Below are positions 61,138-64,000 of a stretch of DNA of 64,000 bases, in pieces (the stretch's first letter is position 1; each line of letters opens with the position of its first letter). The notes below the pieces were generated by a model. It worked only from the letters and a program-made list of their open reading frames with translations. It searched no databases and had not been told where the DNA came from. This DNA is from a virus. The stretch lies in IMG/VR virus record IMGVR_UViG_3300010149_000010; one strand, given 5' to 3'. The position numbers were made by a program, and so were the translations under genes.

Positions 61138-62247
61138 ATGAAATCAGTAACTTCCCACAATATATTAAATAACATCCCTATTATTTCTATAACCCACAAA
61201 GGGCTAGAAGCTATTAAAGAGATTGTTAGAATCGCTCCCCAAGAAGCGCAATGGTTTCATACTGTTGAACCAGTTATTTATAAACAATCTCCTAATGAAA
61301 TCCACCTACACCTTTCGGAAAAGATATACATACCTACTCAAAATACTTCTGCTGCTCAAGTCGACACTACTTCGTCAATGATGATGGATTTTTATCGTGA
61401 GCTTAAGAAAGATTATGAAGACCAGGAAACTGTTAACAGTAAATTATCTGCAATGACTTGTTGGTGTCATAGTCACCACAATATGTCACCTAATCCAAGT
61501 AATCAGGATGATTTACAGTTTAACTCCTTCATTACTTTAGCAGAAGACCAGGGTACAAAAGCTTGGCAGGTCATGCTTATTTTTAATAAGAAAGATCAAT
61601 TTTACAGTCGAGTTTACGATCCTACCACAGACACAGTACACGAAGGTGTTCCAATCCGCGTAGTTCGCGACTATGACTTTTCTTATATTCATCAAGCTGC
61701 AAGAACCAAGTTTATCAAACCCAAGCCAAAGATGAAAAAAAAGAATGCTTCAGGATGGAATCTTGGAAGATTTACATCGTCAAAAAGTTTCGAAAGCTCT
61801 TTTTTTGCAAATTCCAAAGATGATAAAGTCCTTTCAAATGATCTTAACGAAGAAATTGTAATCGGAGTTTTAAATGATATTTTCGATAACTACAATGTTT
61901 ACATGCCGCCTACTCAACAATTTACCAAAACCATAAGCCTTCATTCTAGTAACTTACAAAAGCTCCAAGAAGCTCTTTACGCAACTTTTGATGAGAGAGA
62001 AATAGCATTCTTTACCTTTTTCATTACAGGTAAGCAGAAACAAATTCCTAGCTTTTTTTCAGATTCCGCTTTTACCAAAAAGTTCCCTACAATAGATAAA
62101 TGCCTCACCTTTTTTAAAGAGACTTTAAAGAATAATACTTTTTCTATTCAAGACATGTACGAAGCCTTAACATCTACTTTAGAAATAGTAGACCTAGAAA
62201 CCAGAAAACAATGCAAGGACTATATTGACAATGACGGAATCATTTAA
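61138..62247 (+). CDS. JAB/JAMM (MPN+) metallopeptidase
   Basis: EAQW ... WCHSHHNMSPNPSNQDD = E..HxH-x7-S-x2-D. Confidence 0.88.
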   Translation: MKSVTSHNILNNIPIISITHKGLEAIKEIVRIAPQEAQWFHTVEPVIYKQSPNEIHLHLSEKIYIPTQNTSAAQVDTTSSMMMDFYRELKKDYEDQETVNSKLSAMTCWCHSHHNMSPNPSNQDDLQFNSFITLAEDQGTKAWQVMLIFNKKDQFYSRVYDPTTDTVHEGVPIRVVRDYDFSYIHQAARTKFIKPKPKMKKKNASGWNLGRFTSSKSFESSFFANSKDDKVLSNDLNEEIVIGVLNDIFDNYNVYMPPTQQFTKTISLHSSNLQKLQEALYATFDEREIAFFTFFITGKQKQIPSFFSDSAFTKKFPTIDKCLTFFKETLKNNTFSIQDMYEALTSTLEIVDLETRKQCKDYIDNDGII

Positions 62248-62965
62248 CGCAACTAATGTATCTTTTTTACGACATGGTGCTTTTTTTGGACCAGAAGACT
62301 CTCAAGATAAAGTTTTAAATATCATTGGAGTTGGTGCTACTGGCAGTTGGGTTGGACTTTTAGCTGCTAAAATGGGTTGGCAACATTTTCGTGTTTGGGA
62401 CGCTGATATAGTCGAATCTCACAACTTGCCTAATCAAATTTACGATTTAGAACAAGTTGGCTTACCTAAAGTAACCGCTTTTAAACAAAAACTACTTCAG
62501 TTCAATCCAGAGGTAGTAGTCGAAACAAATAATAAGTTCTTTCTTTCTGAACAAGACAAAGACAACCTTGAAGATTATGTTTTTGTTGCAGTCGATTCTC
62601 TTTCAGCAAGAAAAGATATTATCGAAGGGGTCCGCTCTCACCTTCTCCTTGACTACGTCATTGAAACAAGGATGGGTTTCGAACATGCAGAAATCAATAT
62701 TATCGATCCAGCCTACTCTGCACAGATTGACTCTTATTTAAGCACCTTAAAAACAGATGAAGAAGTGACTGAAAGCGCTTGTGATGCACGTATTATTACG
62801 ACTTTAACTTGCATCGTTTCCTCTTCTGTTGTACACACTTTGTGTGGTTTAGCTGCTCAAGACAGGCATGGAGAAACTTACACTCCTCAACCTAAACAAA
62901 TATTCTCTTTACCCTCCAACATCAACACTACTTTATCTACATTTACAATAGGGTCAAAAACATGA
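62231..62965 (+). CDS. ThiF/E1-family ubiquitin-like activating enzyme
   Basis: IIGVGATGS, DADIVESHNLPNQ, GLPKV, AVDSLSAR, ETRMG, candidate catalytic Cys in ESAC; no CxxC zinc pairs. Confidence 0.92.
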   Translation: MTESFNATNVSFLRHGAFFGPEDSQDKVLNIIGVGATGSWVGLLAAKMGWQHFRVWDADIVESHNLPNQIYDLEQVGLPKVTAFKQKLLQFNPEVVVETNNKFFLSEQDKDNLEDYVFVAVDSLSARKDIIEGVRSHLLLDYVIETRMGFEHAEINIIDPAYSAQIDSYLSTLKTDEEVTESACDARIITTLTCIVSSSVVHTLCGLAAQDRHGETYTPQPKQIFSLPSNINTTLSTFTIGSKT

Positions 62966-63147
62966 CAAAACAAAAAATTAATGAAATTATTACAAATCTA
63001 ACTGATGCTCTAACCGATGCTGAGAAATTTGACTCTGGCAATGATGCTGCTGGACGTCGGATTAGAAATGCAGCCCAAACAGCAAAAGCCGATCTGCAAG
63101 AACTTCGAAAGCTAGTTCAAGAAGAAAGAAATTCTCGAAAAGCTTAA
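62962..63147 (+). CDS. Hc1 (histone H1-like) N-terminal domain-like protein
   Basis: DAEKFDSGNDAAGRRIR..LQELRK matches the Hc1 GN.AA..R.R signature. Confidence 0.75.
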   Translation: MTKQKINEIITNLTDALTDAEKFDSGNDAAGRRIRNAAQTAKADLQELRKLVQEERNSRKA

Positions 63148-63197
63148 AATAAACAATCCGTTTTCAACATTAACAAAACATCATCATTCAAAAAACC

Positions 63198-63218
63198 GGG
63201 GGCTTTGCCCCCTTTTTT
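63198..63218 (+). terminator. Intrinsic terminator
   Basis: GGGGGC-TTT-GCCCCC followed by TTTTTT. Confidence 0.7.
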
Positions 63219-63237
63219 ATTTAAAAAGAGAAAAAAA

Positions 63238-63684
63238 ATGACTAACATCACACTTATTGTAATTCCTGGATCTGGCGCTCGCCAAACTTCTTTAAACTCT
63301 AGCGCTACTGTTTCAGATCTTGCCTGCCAAGAGAACCTACACGGCCGCGATATTATCATTGACGGTGTGGGTGTCCCTGCAGATCAATGGGCAACCACAC
63401 CAGTTCCTAACGGAGCAGAAGTCTTTGCTACCGGTAGCGTCAAGGGTAATAATTCATCTTTTACTTTGATCGTTATTCCTGGATCTGGCGCTCGCCAAAT
63501 TTCAATGGCTGGCTCAACTTCAACCCTTACAGTTGCAGCTCTGGTTTGCCAAGAAAACTTACATGGCCGCGATATTATTGTTGATGGCCGTGGTGTACCC
63601 CCTGCTGAGTGGGAAACTACAACCATTTCTTCCGGAAATGAAGTCTTCGCCACTGGTAGCGTTAAGGGCAATAATGGTATCTGA
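63238..63684 (+). CDS. Tandem ubiquitin-like (beta-grasp) precursor, two repeats each ending VKG-N
   Basis: Two ~70-aa repeats TLIVIPGSGARQ..CQENLHGRDII.DG..EVFATGSVKGN; final NNGI cap. Confidence 0.8.
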   Translation: MTNITLIVIPGSGARQTSLNSSATVSDLACQENLHGRDIIIDGVGVPADQWATTPVPNGAEVFATGSVKGNNSSFTLIVIPGSGARQISMAGSTSTLTVAALVCQENLHGRDIIVDGRGVPPAEWETTTISSGNEVFATGSVKGNNGI

Positions 63685-63958
63685 TTTAAAATATTCTATC
63701 TCTTCTGGTGACGGCGCTAAACAAGCGTTTTTAAATCTCCTCGAACAAGAAGCAGCTTGGCAAGACAATTATCAAATTCAAGGCTTTTTTGCCCCTTATA
63801 AAAGGTATAAAATTGTTTCTCTTGATGAGTTTCCTTCTAAAGAAGAGGCGGTTTCTTTTATTAATTCAAATAGACCATTTAAGTTGCGTCCAAAAACACT
63901 AGGTTGCGTTTTTATAAAAAATGACACCAACACTAAATATCTGTTTTTTATTCAATAG
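63674..63958 (+). CDS. Hypothetical protein
   Basis: MVSDLKYS start overlapping the Ubl stop. Confidence 0.5.
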   Translation: MVSDLKYSISSGDGAKQAFLNLLEQEAAWQDNYQIQGFFAPYKRYKIVSLDEFPSKEEAVSFINSNRPFKLRPKTLGCVFIKNDTNTKYLFFIQ

Positions 63959-64000
63959 TATAAGGAAACCTATGGGCTCTTCTACTTTTTATTTATCTAC

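Noticed and set aside
57277-62965. CBASS type II (CD-NTase + Cap2/Cap3) reading of NTase plus E2/JAB/E1
   Set aside because: The NTase has CCA/poly(A)-polymerase-like motifs and ends in CF rather than Gly; E1 and E2 are separate, a dedicated Ubl exists and no CBASS effector is visible
62231-63684. Thiamine/molybdopterin sulfur relay (ThiF-ThiS, MoeB-MoaD)
   Set aside because: No ThiG/MoaE or desulfurase neighbours in the window, no GG terminus, and an E2-like gene is present; not fully excluded without assay
1-64000. Stop-codon reassignment
   Set aside because: Long genes are intact under the standard code, TAA, TAG and TGA all end coupled ORFs, and no suppressor tRNA was seen

Overview
64 kb of a large (jumbo-type) tailed dsDNA phage genome in the standard genetic code. 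1-23.9 kb (minus strand) is a head morphogenesis and packaging module: major capsid, capsid-associated protein, composite prohead protease, portal, terminase large subunit, Gly/Ala-rich probable internal virion proteins and a 1361-aa exonuclease-thermonuclease fusion. About 25-35.9 kb (plus strand) is a visibly GC-richer, early-looking block. It has a repeated terminator/promoter-like module and a 2174-aa single-chain two-barrel RNA polymerase (YonO/cellular-RdRP-like, DNDGD active site) with an inserted helix-hairpin-helix. 35.9-38.8 kb and 41.2-41.4 kb are largely non-coding and rich in structured RNA: one strong and two variant hammerhead ribozymes, and tRNA-like RNAs with remodelled arms. 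38.9-57 kb holds small accessory genes, three tRNAs, an AlkB-like oxygenase, a class III nucleotide cyclase next to a 2TM protein, an SLT, ThyX, SSB and an amidase endolysin. 58.3-63.7 kb encodes what looks like a complete phage-borne ubiquitin-like conjugation cassette: giant E2-like protein, JAB peptidase, E1, Hc1-like protein and a capped tandem di-Ubl precursor. All calls come from motif reading by eye; no searches or folding programs were run.
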